Positions 1-12,607 of a DNA stretch of 64,000 nt are shown piece after piece. Both the position numbers and the translations under genes were made by a program. Position 1 is the stretch's first letter. Each line of letters starts with the position of its first letter. The stretch spans positions 25,251 to 89,250 of the forward strand of contig JAHITE010000007.1 of assembly GCA_018817585.1 (NCBI GenBank), given 5' to 3'. The notes under the pieces are model-generated. The model did not search any database and had not been told where the DNA came from. It was given only the letters and a program-made list of their open reading frames with translations. This DNA comes from Candidatus Omnitrophota bacterium. GTDB taxonomy: Bacteria > Omnitrophota > Gorgyraeia > B26-G9.

Positions 1-416
1 TGCCAGAAGGCGAAGTTTCTTTTGCTCCTTTTGATTGTAATGGACAATATATTGTTGATGTTTCTTTTCCCGGTTTAGGAATTTTAGACTCACCAATAAC
101 TTTTAAAGTGAAAAACGGCTTTGCTTATGAGATAACTGGCAAAGGAAGTGATCAGATAATTAAGCGTTTGAATTCAGTTGGTCCCAAAGCGTACAAAATC
201 GCGGAATTAGGCATAGGGCTTAATCCGAAGGCAAAAGTGAGAGGTCTTGTTTTAGAAGATGAAAAAGTTTGCGGAACAATTCATATTGCTTTGGGTAATA
301 ATATGTCATATGGGCAGGATAATGATGTGCCGTTGCATTTAGATGGAGTTATTAGTTTTCCGGATATTTACGCTGACGATAAATTAATTATGAAAAGTGG
401 CCAATTAACAAATTAG
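1..416 (+). CDS. Aminopeptidase (M29/thermophilic metalloprotease-like), 5'-truncated by window edge
   Basis: Frame is open from base 3 (PEGEVSFAP...); motifs AELGIGLNP, EDEKV.GTIHIALG.N and HLDG. Confidence 0.85.
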   Translation, partial: PEGEVSFAPFDCNGQYIVDVSFPGLGILDSPITFKVKNGFAYEITGKGSDQIIKRLNSVGPKAYKIAELGIGLNPKAKVRGLVLEDEKVCGTIHIALGNNMSYGQDNDVPLHLDGVISFPDIYADDKLIMKSGQLTN

Positions 417-442
417 TTTTAGTTCAAGGATTATATAAATAA

Positions 443-709
443 ATGAACAGATTAGATGATAAAGGAAAAATCCAGTATCCATGTCTCTGGTTGTATAAAA
501 TTATTGGTGTAGATAGAGATAAAGTGGAAAATGCTTTGATGAAAATTCTTACCAATGATCAGGATAAGATAAAAATGAGTTTTTCAAATATTAGTAAAAA
601 GGGAAAGTATCTTGCTTTTAATGTAGAGCTAAAAGTTGAAAATGAGCAAGCAAGAGACTTGATTTACACAAAACTAAAAAAAAATCCGGATATTAAGGCG
701 GTACTTTGA
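443..709 (+). CDS. DUF493/YbeD-like protein
   Basis: 88 aa, IQYPCLWLYKIIG and SKKGKY motifs. Confidence 0.8.
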   Translation: MNRLDDKGKIQYPCLWLYKIIGVDRDKVENALMKILTNDQDKIKMSFSNISKKGKYLAFNVELKVENEQARDLIYTKLKKNPDIKAVL

Positions 710-727
710 TTATCTTTGGAGTGAATA

Positions 728-1099
728 ATGGCTGAAAATGAAACTATCAAAAATTTATTTTCACAGATCCCTGATCGTATTCCTGAAGAAATTTTTAATA
801 CTCTTTTTGAAACTGATGGGTTGAAAATAGAAAGAATTATTTCTAATGGTCATTCTACGGCAAAAGATCAATGGCTTGAACAGAATAGAAGTGAATGGGT
901 ATTAGTTGTTCAGGGATCAGCTGAATTATTATTCCAAGAACCAGTCATGTCCGTTATGCTTAAAGCTGGGGATTATGTTTTGATTCCCGCGCATTGTAAA
1001 CATCGGGTCGCATGGACAGCTGCAAATCAAAAAACAGTTTGGCTGGCTGTTCATGGCCAGGAGATAAGAAAACAAACAGTTTATAAGGAGCAAATTTGA
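728..1099 (+). CDS. Cupin domain protein
   Basis: IERIIS.GH, EWVLVVQG, GDYVLIPAHCKHRVAWT. Confidence 0.85.
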   Translation: MAENETIKNLFSQIPDRIPEEIFNTLFETDGLKIERIISNGHSTAKDQWLEQNRSEWVLVVQGSAELLFQEPVMSVMLKAGDYVLIPAHCKHRVAWTAANQKTVWLAVHGQEIRKQTVYKEQI

Positions 1100-1881
1100 A
1101 AATATCGAGTTTATTGGAAAAAGTCAGACAGCAAAAACCGCTGATACATCATATAACAAATTGGGTGACAATTTATGATTGTGCTAATATAGTTAAGGTT
1201 TTGGGCGCATCCCCGGTTATGGCGCATGCGCCTGAAGAAGCTGCGGAAATGACTGGTATTGCTGATGCTTTAGTATTAAATATCGGGACATTAACTAATG
1301 AGCTAATTAAGGTAATGATTATAGCGGCTATGCGCGCGAATAAAAAAAACATACCGATTGTCCTTGATGTTTGCGGAGCTGGTGCGACAAAATTTCGCGA
1401 TGAAAAAATAGTTGAATTGCTTGACCACGCAAAGATTAATATCATTAAAGGCAATGCTTCGGAAATTGCCCGGGTTGCGGGTATTGATGTTTGTACCAAA
1501 GGCGTGGATAGTACTGAAGTATATGCTGATTTGATTCTGGTTGCTCAGAATTTAGCAGTGCAAAGAGAATGTGTTGTGGTAGTAACAGGAGAAATTGATA
1601 TTATTGTCAGCAAAGACAAATGTTTTAAAGTAAAAAATGGTAATAAAATGATGAGTCAGGTTGTGGGTACTGGATGCATGGCTGCTTCTGTTATTGGGAC
1701 ATTTGCTGCTGTGGGTGATGATTTAGCTGAAGCTGCCTGCGCGGGACTGTGTGCTTATGAAATAGCGGCAGAACAAGCAGCAGCATTAGCGTCAGGGCCA
1801 GGTACATTTAAAGAGAGATTGTTTGATTGTTTATGCTGTCTGGATTCGGCTACAGTTGATGCCGCTCAAAGGGTTGAATAA
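1096..1881 (+). CDS. thiM: Hydroxyethylthiazole kinase
   Basis: PLIHHITNWVT, GASPVMA, LNIGTL, IKGNASEI, GTGC; TTG start overlaps upstream stop. Confidence 0.95.
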   Translation: MKISSLLEKVRQQKPLIHHITNWVTIYDCANIVKVLGASPVMAHAPEEAAEMTGIADALVLNIGTLTNELIKVMIIAAMRANKKNIPIVLDVCGAGATKFRDEKIVELLDHAKINIIKGNASEIARVAGIDVCTKGVDSTEVYADLILVAQNLAVQRECVVVVTGEIDIIVSKDKCFKVKNGNKMMSQVVGTGCMAASVIGTFAAVGDDLAEAACAGLCAYEIAAEQAAALASGPGTFKERLFDCLCCLDSATVDAAQRVE

Positions 1882-2481
1882 ATGCGGGGTTTTTATTTTA
1901 TTACAGATGACGCGCTGAGTGTTAATGGGACAATAAATGATGTAAAATCAGCGGTAAGCGCCGGAGTTGAGGTTGTTCAATATCGCTGTAAAAATCGATC
2001 TGTAAAATATATGTGCTGTCAGGCTATGGAATTAAGGCAAGCGGCTAAAGGGGCTTTATTCATAATTAATGACAGGGTTGACATTGCTTTGGCCGTGGAT
2101 GCAGCTGGGGTGCATTTAGGGCAAGATGATATGCCTTGTGATTTAGCAAGGAAAATCCTGGGACCTGATAAAATTATTGGGATTAGTATTCATAATGCAG
2201 ACCAAGCTCTTTTGGCGCAGAAACAAGGAGCAAGCTATATAGGTATCGGAGCGGTATTTGCCACTAATACGAAGTCTGAATCTGTGGCCTTGGGTATTGA
2301 GATAATTGCTCAGGCAGCAAAGCAGGTCTCGATACCGATTGTGGCAATTGGCGGTGTTAATTTAGAAAATGCTAAACAAATCATAGCTGCAGGCGCGAGT
2401 GCAGTCTGCGCAATATCTGCTGTGATAACTAAACAGGATGTTACTCTGGAAATTTTAAAATTTCAAAAATTATTTGAATGA
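1882..2481 (+). CDS. thiE: Thiamine-phosphate synthase
   Basis: VQYR.K, IINDRVDIA, GVHLGQDD, T.TK, AIGG; adjacent to thiM. Confidence 0.95.
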   Translation: MRGFYFITDDALSVNGTINDVKSAVSAGVEVVQYRCKNRSVKYMCCQAMELRQAAKGALFIINDRVDIALAVDAAGVHLGQDDMPCDLARKILGPDKIIGISIHNADQALLAQKQGASYIGIGAVFATNTKSESVALGIEIIAQAAKQVSIPIVAIGGVNLENAKQIIAAGASAVCAISAVITKQDVTLEILKFQKLFE

Positions 2482-3035
2482 AAAAACTATTAAATACTTC
2501 ACTTGATGAGATTGATTTCGCGGTTGTTGATTTAGAAACAACTGGTTTTTGTTCGCAGCGGGATTGTGTTATTGAAGTTGCTGCTGTAAAAATAAAAAGC
2601 GGTAATATAAAGGAGCATTATCAATCTTTGATCTATGCGGAATACATTCCTTATCAGGCAACCCGGGTTCATGGTATAGATTTACAGATGGTGGCAGATG
2701 CTCCATCTTTAAATACAGTGAGAAATGATTTTCGGGAATTTATTCAGGGATGTGTTTTGGTTGGGCATAATATTAAGTCATTTGATATGCCTTTTTTGTG
2801 CAATGCTTTTAATATTGAAGAAAATGCTTTTTGTGTTGATACTCTAAAACTATCTAGATTGTTGTTTGCCAAAGAGCGTACGCATAAATTATCAGTAGTA
2901 GCGCAAAGACTGGGTATAAAAAACGATAGATATCATCGGGCATTAGATGATACCTTGGTAACTGCAAATGTTTTTCTCGAGTTTTTAAAAATAGGCAACA
3001 GGCAGTTTAAAGTTTTAAAAGATATTATTGCCTGA
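2478..3035 (+). CDS. DEDDh 3'-5' exonuclease (DnaQ/PolC-exo-like)
   Basis: VDLETTG, GHN...FD, HRALDD. Confidence 0.9.
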   Translation: MKKLLNTSLDEIDFAVVDLETTGFCSQRDCVIEVAAVKIKSGNIKEHYQSLIYAEYIPYQATRVHGIDLQMVADAPSLNTVRNDFREFIQGCVLVGHNIKSFDMPFLCNAFNIEENAFCVDTLKLSRLLFAKERTHKLSVVAQRLGIKNDRYHRALDDTLVTANVFLEFLKIGNRQFKVLKDIIA

Positions 3036-3077
3036 TTAATAATAAAACATTATAATAAACTTTCAGGAGGAGAAAAT

Positions 3078-3500
3078 ATGAAAAAAGGATCAATAATAGT
3101 ATTTTTTATGGTTTTAATCAGTGGATTTTGCGGTTTTACGGTTCAGGGTAATGCTCAGCAAATAGATAAAGAAATAGCAAATAATCAGGTTGAGCAGGTA
3201 AAGTTAGAATTGGAAATTGTGAATAATGAAATATTAGATTTTGATTCAGCGAATGAAAATGAATACTTAGAATCGCAAGCCCAAGCGCAAAAAGATGCTG
3301 CGCTTGCTCAGCAGCAGTTAGATGTTGAAATAGAATCATTGCTGGAGCAGGTAAATCAAGATTCTGAACAACTTGGAGAAACTTTTTCAAAAGAAGCGCA
3401 AGAGAATACGCGGCAAATTAAGCAGGAAACTGTACAGCAGGTTGAAGAAATAGAAGTTCAGGCCCAAAAGGTAGAATCAGATAAATTAGATCAAGAGTAA
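3078..3500 (+). CDS. Secreted acidic coiled-coil hypothetical protein
   Basis: AGGAGG RBS, signal peptide, Q/E-rich body. Confidence 0.7.
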   Translation: MKKGSIIVFFMVLISGFCGFTVQGNAQQIDKEIANNQVEQVKLELEIVNNEILDFDSANENEYLESQAQAQKDAALAQQQLDVEIESLLEQVNQDSEQLGETFSKEAQENTRQIKQETVQQVEEIEVQAQKVESDKLDQE

Positions 3501-3521
3501 ACAAAGAGTATAATATTTAAA

Positions 3522-3740
3522 ATGGATAATAAACATAAAAAACAAGCGCAAAGAGAAGAAGAAAAAAAACAGTTTATCGTGCTGATTATCTTCTTAATTG
3601 TTTTGTTTTGTGGTTTATTGTTTATGAATAAACGGTTTCACCCGAGATTTGAACATAAACCTCCGGAGTTTGAGGAAGATGTAAAGACATATGATGGTTC
3701 TTTGCATCGGAATATATCGAATCCTTTTGGATCGGAGTAA
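3522..3740 (+). CDS. Small single-TM hypothetical protein
   Basis: One hydrophobic segment FIVLIIFLIVLFCGLLF. Confidence 0.6.
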   Translation: MDNKHKKQAQREEEKKQFIVLIIFLIVLFCGLLFMNKRFHPRFEHKPPEFEEDVKTYDGSLHRNISNPFGSE

Positions 3741-3791
3741 TATATTACTATTTAATTCTTGTTTTTCTGGTTTTTTTTGGGAAATGGGTTA

Positions 3792-3834
3792 AAAACGATA
3801 AAAATGCTTAGTTTTTAAGCATTTTTATTGTTTT
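3792..3834 (+). terminator. Inverted repeat, likely intrinsic terminator
   Basis: aaaacgataaaaatgctta / taagcatttttattgtttt. Confidence 0.6.
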
Positions 3835-4012
3835 AAGGCCTAAAATATAAATTTTTTAAAAAAAAGCTTTATCGCAGAGATTAATTGTATTATAATTACT
3901 AACATTGTAAACCCTTCAAAACTCCTGTTTTATATTAAGGTTCTGTTTACTATATGTTAACAAATACCTTTAATATAATTAATTTAAAAATATAGAAATA
4001 TTCAATTTTTTT

Positions 4013-5125
4013 ATGAATGAGATAAATAGCGCGCATAAAAGCATAAAAGCGAAAATTGTTCTAGAAGATGGTAGAATTTTTCAAGGCTATTCTTTTGGCG
4101 CAACTGGTACTACCTTTGGTGAAGTTGTTTTTAATACGAGCATGTCTGGTTACCAGGAAATTCTTACTGATCCTTCATACAAAGGTCAAATTGTTACAAT
4201 GACCTATCCTCTTATCGGAAATTATGGTGTAAACAAACAAGATGTTGAATCGAGTAAACCTTTTGTTGAGGCTTTGATTGTTAAAGAATGTTCTCGGATT
4301 GCCAGTAATTGGCGCTCAAATGATACCTTAGCTTCATATCTTAAAAATAATAATATTATCGGTATAGAAGGCGTGGATACTCGTGCGATTACTCGTCACA
4401 TCCGGTTAAAAGGGGCTTTGAAAGCAGTTATATCCACAGAGGATTTAGACGATAAAAGCTTGCTTGAAAAGGTTACTGTGTCTTCTGGTCTTTTGGGTAT
4501 TGATTTGGTCAAAGAAGTTACTTGTGCTAAAGCCTATGCGTGGAATAATCAGGGAAAATATCATGTTGTTGTTCTTGATTGTGGCGTAAAATTAAATATC
4601 CTCCGCTCTCTGGCCTTAAACAACTGTAAGGTAACGGTTGTGCCGGCTCAGACAAGCGCGGAAGATATTTTAAAATTTAAACCAGACGGCTTAATGCTTT
4701 CCAATGGTCCTGGAGATCCGGAGCCGGTTACCTATGTAATTGAAACTGTAAGTAAATTGCTGGGTAAACTGCCGATTTTCGGAATATGCTTGGGGCAGCA
4801 GATGATTGGCTTGGCTTTGGGCGGTAAAACTTATAAACTTAAATTCGGTCATCATGGCGGTAATCAGCCTGTTAAGGATTTAAAAACAGGCAAAATTGAT
4901 ATTACTGTCCAGAATCATGGATTTTGTGTTGATATTGATTCGCTAAATAAAAATGATATTGAGATTACGCATATGAATCTTAATGATAAAACTCTAGAGG
5001 GGATCAAGCATAAAAAACTGTCAGTGTTTTCTGTTCAGTTTCATCCAGAAGCTTGTCCCGGTCCGCATGATTCAGCTTATTTATTTACAAATTTTGTAGA
5101 AATGATTAAAAACCATAAAAAATAA
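4013..5125 (+). CDS. carA: Carbamoyl-phosphate synthase small subunit
   Basis: [31 protein letters not shown]. Confidence 0.98.
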   Translation: MNEINSAHKSIKAKIVLEDGRIFQGYSFGATGTTFGEVVFNTSMSGYQEILTDPSYKGQIVTMTYPLIGNYGVNKQDVESSKPFVEALIVKECSRIASNWRSNDTLASYLKNNNIIGIEGVDTRAITRHIRLKGALKAVISTEDLDDKSLLEKVTVSSGLLGIDLVKEVTCAKAYAWNNQGKYHVVVLDCGVKLNILRSLALNNCKVTVVPAQTSAEDILKFKPDGLMLSNGPGDPEPVTYVIETVSKLLGKLPIFGICLGQQMIGLALGGKTYKLKFGHHGGNQPVKDLKTGKIDITVQNHGFCVDIDSLNKNDIEITHMNLNDKTLEGIKHKKLSVFSVQFHPEACPGPHDSAYLFTNFVEMIKNHKK

Positions 5126-5135
5126 AAGAGTTATT

Positions 5136-8100
5136 ATGCCGAAAAGAACAGATATAAAAAAAATATTAATTATTGGTTCTGGTCCGATTATTATTGGACA
5201 AGCTTGTGAATTTGATTATTCCGGAACTCAGGCTTGCAAGGCATTGCGTGAGGAAGGGTTTGAAGTTGTTTTGATTAATTCCAATCCAGCTACAATAATG
5301 ACTGATCCGGAAATAGCAAATGCTACTTATATCGAGCCGATTACTCCGGAAGTATTGGAGAAAATCATTGCCAAGGAGCGTCCCGACGCGCTTTTACCTA
5401 CTTTAGGGGGGCAGACTGCGCTTAATACAGCAATGAAAGCTGCTGAAATGGGTATTTTAGAAAAGTATAATGTGCGGATGATCGGAGCTAATACAACGGT
5501 TATCCGAAAAGCAGAAGATAGAAAATATTTTAAAGAAGCAATGCTGAAAATTGGGCTTGATTTACCAAGAAGTGCTTTGGCTTATAACATGCCGGAAGCA
5601 ATGGAGGCTTTAAAACAAATCGGGTTGCCGCTGATTATCCGTCCCAGTTTTACCATGGGGGGGACTGGCGGAGGGATCGCGCAAACTGAGGAGGAATTTG
5701 AAAAAATTTGTCAGTTAGGTTTGCGCAATAGTATGATTAATGAGATCTTGGTTGAAGAGTCAATCTACGGCTGGAAAGAATACGAGCTGGAGGTAATGCG
5801 TGATTCTAAGGACAATGTGGTTATTATTTGTTCAATTGAAAATTTTGATCCAATGGGTATTCATACAGGAGATTCTATAACCGTAGCGCCCGCGCAGACT
5901 TTGACTGATCAGGAATATCAAAAAATGCGCGATGCGGCTTTGGCGATTATCCGGGAAATCGGAGTTGAAACCGGTGGATCGAATATTCAGTTTGCGGTGA
6001 ATCCTAAAGATGGCAGAATGATTGTTGTTGAAATGAATCCGCGTGTTTCCCGCAGTTCTGCTTTAGCCAGTAAAGCTACGGGCTTTCCGATTGCCAAGTT
6101 CGCGGCGAAGTTAGCAGTAGGGTTTACGCTGGATGAAATTCAGAATGATATAACCAAAGAAACTCCGGCTTCCTTTGAACCGACAGTTGACTATTGTGTT
6201 GTGAAAATTCCCCGGTTCACTTTTGAAAAATTTCCCGAAGCGCAGGATATTCTCGGGATATCTATGAAGTCAGTCGGTGAAACAATGGCCATTGGCAGAA
6301 CGTTTAAAGAAGCTTTGCAAAAAGGTTTAAGAGGCTTGGAAATTGGACATATTGGATTTGATAATAAAAATGATTTTCGAGAGATTGAACAGGAAAAGCT
6401 ATTGCACCGACTTAAAGAACCTAATGCTTCGCGGATCTTTTATATAAAATATGCTTTTCAGAAGGGGATGAGTTCTGAAGAGATTTGTAAATTAACTGAT
6501 ATTGATCCGTGGTTTATTGATAATTTAAAGCAGATTGTTGAATTAGAAGAAGAGATAAAAAATCAGGGGAAAGATATTTTTCATATTGACGCAGGATTGC
6601 TGCGCAAGGCAAAGGAATATGGATTTGGCGATGAGCAGCTGGCAAAACTTTTAAATACAGATGAAGTGACTGTACGCAATCAAAGGAAAAAACTCGGGAT
6701 TATAGTAACCTATAAATTAGTTGATACTTGCGGTGCGGAATTTGAAGCCTATACGCCTTATTATTATTCAACTTATGAGCAGGAAGATGAAACCCGTATT
6801 TCAAATAAGAAAAAAATTATGATCTTAGGCGGCGGTCCTAATCGAATCGGGCAGGGAATAGAATTTGATTATTGTTGCTGTCATGCCTCCTTTGCTTTAA
6901 AAGAGCTGGGATTTGAAACAATAATGGTTAATTCAAATCCAGAGACTGTTTCTACTGATTATGATACTTCGGACAAACTTTATTTTGAGCCATTGACATT
7001 TGAAGATGTAATGAATATTGTTGACAGAGAAAAACCAGATGGAATTATTGTCCAATTTGGTGGGCAAACTCCATTAAATTTGGCAAGAAAACTTAAGAAT
7101 GCCGGAGCCCCGATAATTGGAACTTCTGTAGAGTCAATTGATCGCGCTGAAGATAGGGACAAATTTTCGCAATTAATTAAAGAATTGGGGATTAATCAGC
7201 CGCCGAATGGATCAGCTACATCAAGAGATCAGGCAATCGCCATTGCCAAGGAAATTGGATATCCGATATTGGTTCGACCTTCATATGTTTTAGGTGGTAG
7301 AGCGATGAGGATTGTTTATAATGAAAAAGATTTAACAAAATTCATGATTGAAGAAGCTGAAGCAATTGATATCTCAAGTGAAAAACCGATTTTGATTGAT
7401 AAGTTTTTAGAAGACGCGGTTGAAGTTGATGTTGATGCTTTATCTGATGGGCATACTACGATTATTGGCGGGATCATGGAACATATCGAAGAAGCCGGAG
7501 TGCATTCTGGAGATTCTGCATGTGTGCTGCCTCCGCATACTTTAAGTGACAAGATTCTGGATATTATTAGACATAATACTAAGCTATTATCAAAAAAATT
7601 AGAAGTAAAAGGACTTTTAAATATACAATTCGCGATAAAAAATAGCATTGTTTATGTGCTTGAAGTTAATCCTCGGGCATCACGCACTGCTCCTTTTGTA
7701 AGCAAGGCAACAGGAATTCCTCTAGCAAAAATTGCCGCAAAAATAATGGCAGGCAAAACACTAGATCAGTTAGGAATAAAGGATGAGAAAAAAATAAAAC
7801 ATGTTGCGGTAAAAGAATCAGTATTGCCTTTTTCTCGATTCTCCGGAGTAGATATAATCCTTGGGCCGGAGATGAAATCAACAGGCGAAGTAATGGGCAT
7901 AGACAAAACTTTTGGGATTGCTTTTTATAAGTCACAATTGGCCGCTGGGTCAGTGCTTCCGACAAAAGGCAAGATATTTATTAGTGTTAAAGCCAATGAT
8001 AAAAAATCTATAGTAGCTGTTGGGAAGAAACTGGTTAATTTAGGTTTTGAGATTATTGCGACAAAAGGAACGTATAATGTTTTAAACTCAAACAATATTC

Positions 8101-8375
8101 AAGCTACGGTTATTGATAAGATCAGTGATAAGATTAGTGATAATAATGTGCTTGATTTAATTAGACAGGGACAAATTAAGCTGATTATAAATACCCCGAC
8201 TGGACATAAAAGCCAGTCAGATATGAAGTCGATAAGAAACGCGGCAGTAATGCACGGTATTTCATGTATAACAACTATACAGGGAGCGCAGGCTGCCGTA
8301 AATGGAATAGAGGCAATACTGGAAAAAGATTTTTCTGTTACATCAATTCAGGAATTCATCAAGAATTCAGGATAA
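5136..8375 (+). CDS. carB: Carbamoyl-phosphate synthase large subunit
   Basis: [30 protein letters not shown], duplicated ATP-grasp domains, C-terminal MGS domain. Confidence 0.99.
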   Translation: MPKRTDIKKILIIGSGPIIIGQACEFDYSGTQACKALREEGFEVVLINSNPATIMTDPEIANATYIEPITPEVLEKIIAKERPDALLPTLGGQTALNTAMKAAEMGILEKYNVRMIGANTTVIRKAEDRKYFKEAMLKIGLDLPRSALAYNMPEAMEALKQIGLPLIIRPSFTMGGTGGGIAQTEEEFEKICQLGLRNSMINEILVEESIYGWKEYELEVMRDSKDNVVIICSIENFDPMGIHTGDSITVAPAQTLTDQEYQKMRDAALAIIREIGVETGGSNIQFAVNPKDGRMIVVEMNPRVSRSSALASKATGFPIAKFAAKLAVGFTLDEIQNDITKETPASFEPTVDYCVVKIPRFTFEKFPEAQDILGISMKSVGETMAIGRTFKEALQKGLRGLEIGHIGFDNKNDFREIEQEKLLHRLKEPNASRIFYIKYAFQKGMSSEEICKLTDIDPWFIDNLKQIVELEEEIKNQGKDIFHIDAGLLRKAKEYGFGDEQLAKLLNTDEVTVRNQRKKLGIIVTYKLVDTCGAEFEAYTPYYYSTYEQEDETRISNKKKIMILGGGPNRIGQGIEFDYCCCHASFALKELGFETIMVNSNPETVSTDYDTSDKLYFEPLTFEDVMNIVDREKPDGIIVQFGGQTPLNLARKLKNAGAPIIGTSVESIDRAEDRDKFSQLIKELGINQPPNGSATSRDQAIAIAKEIGYPILVRPSYVLGGRAMRIVYNEKDLTKFMIEEAEAIDISSEKPILIDKFLEDAVEVDVDALSDGHTTIIGGIMEHIEEAGVHSGDSACVLPPHTLSDKILDIIRHNTKLLSKKLEVKGLLNIQFAIKNSIVYVLEVNPRASRTAPFVSKATGIPLAKIAAKIMAGKTLDQLGIKDEKKIKHVAVKESVLPFSRFSGVDIILGPEMKSTGEVMGIDKTFGIAFYKSQLAAGSVLPTKGKIFISVKANDKKSIVAVGKKLVNLGFEIIATKGTYNVLNSNNIQATVIDKISDKISDNNVLDLIRQGQIKLIINTPTGHKSQSDMKSIRNAAVMHGISCITTIQGAQAAVNGIEAILEKDFSVTSIQEFIKNSG

Positions 8376-8385
8376 AGAGGCTAGT

Positions 8386-9762
8386 ATGTGTGGAATATTT
8401 GGTATTGCTGGACATAAAGAAGCGGCTCGTTTAACCTATTTAGGTTTGTACGCGCTGCAGCACCGCGGAGAAGAAAGTGCTGGTATTGTCAGTTATGATC
8501 TAGGCAGAATAAATGCTCATCAGGGAATGGGCTTGGTTGAAGACGTTTTTGATGAAAGCGCGATCCGTTCTTTAAAAGGTCCAATAGCTGTTGGTCATGT
8601 TCGCTATTCAACAACTGGATCAAGCCTGGAACGAAATATACAGCCGTTTCTTGTAAATCATAAAAAAGGACATATTGCGATCGCGCATAATGGTAATTTG
8701 ACTAATACCAGCCATTTGCGGGAAACATTAGAAGAGCAGGGATCTATATTTCAGACAACAATGGATTCAGAAGCAATTGTTCATTTTGTCGCGCAATCAA
8801 AGGATCGGGATTATCGTAAAAGAGTAATCCATTCTTTATCTAATTTAGAGGGAGCATACTCATTAGTTATGCTGCTTGATGATGTTTTAGTTGGTGCGCG
8901 TGATCCACATGGTTTTAGGCCTTTATGTTTAGGGAAATTAAACGGGGCTTATGTGCTGGCCAGTGAAACTTGTGCTTTAGATTTGATTCAGGCTGAATAT
9001 ATCCGCGAAATTGAACCAGGCGAGATTGTTTTTATTCGGGATAAAAAATTGGAATCAATGAAACCATTTCCTGAACAAAAACACGCGTTCTGTATTTTTG
9101 AATACATATATTTTGCCAGACCGGATAGTAATATTTTTGGTAAGAATGTTTATCTCACGAGAAAGCGTTTGGGGGAAGAGATGGCAAAAGAATCACCAGC
9201 TGAATGTGATTTGGTTATGCCCATCCCCGATTCAGGTAATTCCGCGGCATTAGGGTTTGCTAAAAAATCAAAAATTCCTTATGAAGTAGGGATGATTAGA
9301 AATCATTATGTCGGTAGAACCTTTATCCAGCCTTCTCAGTTTATAAGAGATTTTCGCGTAAAAGTAAAACTCAATCCAATTAAAGATGTAATAAAAGGTA
9401 AGCGGTTGGCAATTATCGAAGATTCTATTGTTCGCGGGACAACAAGTAGAGCAAGAATAAAGACTATTCGTGAATCCGGAGCAGAAAAAATGCATATGCG
9501 AATCAGTTGTCCTCCGATTAAAGCGCCGTGTTTTTATGGAATTGATTTTCCCACAAAAAAAGAATTAATCGCCGCTAATTATACGGTGAAAGAAATAGAA
9601 AAATTTATGGGCTTAGACAGCTTAAAATATTTAAGCCAAGAAGGTTTATTAAAAGCAATGCTTTTGCCAGCATGTGAATTTTGCACCGCGTGCTTTGATG
9701 GTAATTATCCGACTAAAATCCCTAAGAAATTTTCCAAAAAAATGCTGGAAAAAAAGCGTTAA
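8386..9762 (+). CDS. purF: Amidophosphoribosyltransferase
   Basis: N-terminal MCG, LQHRGEE, GHVRYST, EDSIVRGTT, FeS cysteines. Confidence 0.98.
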   Translation: MCGIFGIAGHKEAARLTYLGLYALQHRGEESAGIVSYDLGRINAHQGMGLVEDVFDESAIRSLKGPIAVGHVRYSTTGSSLERNIQPFLVNHKKGHIAIAHNGNLTNTSHLRETLEEQGSIFQTTMDSEAIVHFVAQSKDRDYRKRVIHSLSNLEGAYSLVMLLDDVLVGARDPHGFRPLCLGKLNGAYVLASETCALDLIQAEYIREIEPGEIVFIRDKKLESMKPFPEQKHAFCIFEYIYFARPDSNIFGKNVYLTRKRLGEEMAKESPAECDLVMPIPDSGNSAALGFAKKSKIPYEVGMIRNHYVGRTFIQPSQFIRDFRVKVKLNPIKDVIKGKRLAIIEDSIVRGTTSRARIKTIRESGAEKMHMRISCPPIKAPCFYGIDFPTKKELIAANYTVKEIEKFMGLDSLKYLSQEGLLKAMLLPACEFCTACFDGNYPTKIPKKFSKKMLEKKR

Positions 9763-9906
9763 ACAGAATAGTTTATTTAGAAATTCTCAAAAGTGATGAC
9801 TTGTGGTAGGCTAATAGTAGCGCATAAATAAAGTGGATAGTGATATATTAAAGCAGATGAGTATAGTTAAATAAGCTTTTTGTGTAGTATCTTAAGAAAC
9901 GAGTAA

Positions 9907-11508
<1,602 letters not shown>

Positions 11509-11512
11509 TAAT

Positions 11513-12211
11513 ATGGTAAAGTCAGAAAAATTATATATTAATGCTTTGAGTGAAATTAGCAAAGCAATCACAAGCGATCTTTATCTTGAAGACATGTTAA
11601 AGCTTATTGTAACTGTAACCGCGAATGTTATGCATACGAAAATTTGCGCACTTTGGCTTTTAGATGAAAAGAAACAAACTTTAAAAATTAAAGCCACTCA
11701 AGCCTTGAGCAGTGAATATTTAAAAGAAAGAAGTATAAATATCGGGGAAGGTGTAGTGGGAATGGTCGCGAAAACTAAGCAATCGATTATCATTGCCGAT
11801 GTTCTTCTGGATCCGCAGTACAAAGAAAAAAAACTAGCAAAAAAAGAAAAGCTTGTTTCAATGCTTAGCGTTCCGATGATGGTTAAGCAAAAAGTGATAG
11901 GTGTTATTAATTGTTATACTACAAAAAAATATGATTTTGAAAAAAGCGATGTGGAAGTTTTAATTACTGTGGCTAATCAGGCTGCTGTTGCAATCGAAAA
12001 TACAGAGCTGCTAGTTAAGACTAGAGTTATTCAGGAAGAGTTAGAGACTAGAAAAAAAGTTGAAAAAGCAAAAGGAATATTGATGAAGGAACAGAAGGTT
12101 GATGAGGATGAAGCTTATAATCTGCTAAGAAAATCAAGTATGTCTAAACGCATGTCTATGAAAGATATCGCTGAAGCAATTATTCTTTCCTTTGAGATCA
12201 AAAGGGGGTAA
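11513..12211 (+). CDS. GAF + ANTAR domain RNA-binding regulator
   Basis: GAF domain followed by LETRKKVEKAKGILM...AYNLLRKSSM...KDIAEAII (ANTAR); ATG 11513 is 4 nt after the pyrG stop. Confidence 0.93.
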   Translation: MVKSEKLYINALSEISKAITSDLYLEDMLKLIVTVTANVMHTKICALWLLDEKKQTLKIKATQALSSEYLKERSINIGEGVVGMVAKTKQSIIIADVLLDPQYKEKKLAKKEKLVSMLSVPMMVKQKVIGVINCYTTKKYDFEKSDVEVLITVANQAAVAIENTELLVKTRVIQEELETRKKVEKAKGILMKEQKVDEDEAYNLLRKSSMSKRMSMKDIAEAIILSFEIKRG

Positions 12212-12300
12212 TTAAAAACTGAAAATATTTAAAAAAACGATAAAGAAAGTTCTGGTGAAAAAATTTTTAAAAAGTTTTTTCATTTTTTTTCATTTTTTTC

Positions 12301-12330
12301 TTGAAATTAGTATTTATAATGTTGTATATT
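12301..12330 (+). promoter_or_regulatory. Putative sigma70 promoter for the Lys-rich peptide gene
   Basis: TTGAAA-N18-TATATT preceded by T-tract UP-like sequence. Confidence 0.45.
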
Positions 12331-12341
12331 ATAAATTGTAG

Positions 12342-12403
12342 ATACAATATATAGTACAAACATATATTGTGCTTAAAGTGAAGGACATACCAAGATATTG
12401 TGT
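12342..12403 (+). promoter_or_regulatory. Three NrdR-box-like operators
   Basis: atacaatatatagtac (12342-57), caaacatatattgtgc (12357-72), taccaagatattgtgt (12388-403) versus consensus acaCwAtATaTwGtgt; last two are 31 bp apart. Confidence 0.6.
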
Positions 12404-12454
12404 AGGGGCAAACTTTTAGTGTAAAATATTACTGAAAGAAAGGGGGTGAATATT

Positions 12455-12577
12455 TTGGTAGTCAAAAAGAAAGTAGCAAAGAAGGTAGTAGCTAAGAAAG
12501 TGGTAAAGAAAGTAGCTAAGAAAGTAGTAAAGAAAGCAGTAGCTAAGAAAGTAGTAGCTAAGAAAAAGAAAAAATAA
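12455..12577 (+). CDS. Unannotated 40-aa Lys/Val/Ala-rich histone H1-like peptide
   Basis: RBS AAGGGGGTG then TTG; MVVKKKVAKKVVAKKVVKKVAKKVVKKAVAKKVVAKKKKK; below ORF-track cutoff. Confidence 0.8.
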   Translation: MVVKKKVAKKVVAKKVVKKVAKKVVKKAVAKKVVAKKKKK

Positions 12578-12607
12578 ACTTGGCTAGTTCATCTTTGATG
12601 AATACAG

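Noticed and set aside
417-1095. TPP riboswitch for thiM-thiE
   Set aside because: Intergenic gaps are too short and no CUGAGA core was found; a leader could lie outside the window
12404-12440. GGCAAAC followed by a hairpin, resembling the start of a c-di-GMP-I riboswitch
   Set aside because: No GNRA/receptor pairing, no GCAAA junction and no second stem; only a simple leader hairpin
12461-12577. Non-coding DNA tandem repeat interpretation
   Set aside because: Open frame, RBS and synonymous third-position variation favour a coding repeat
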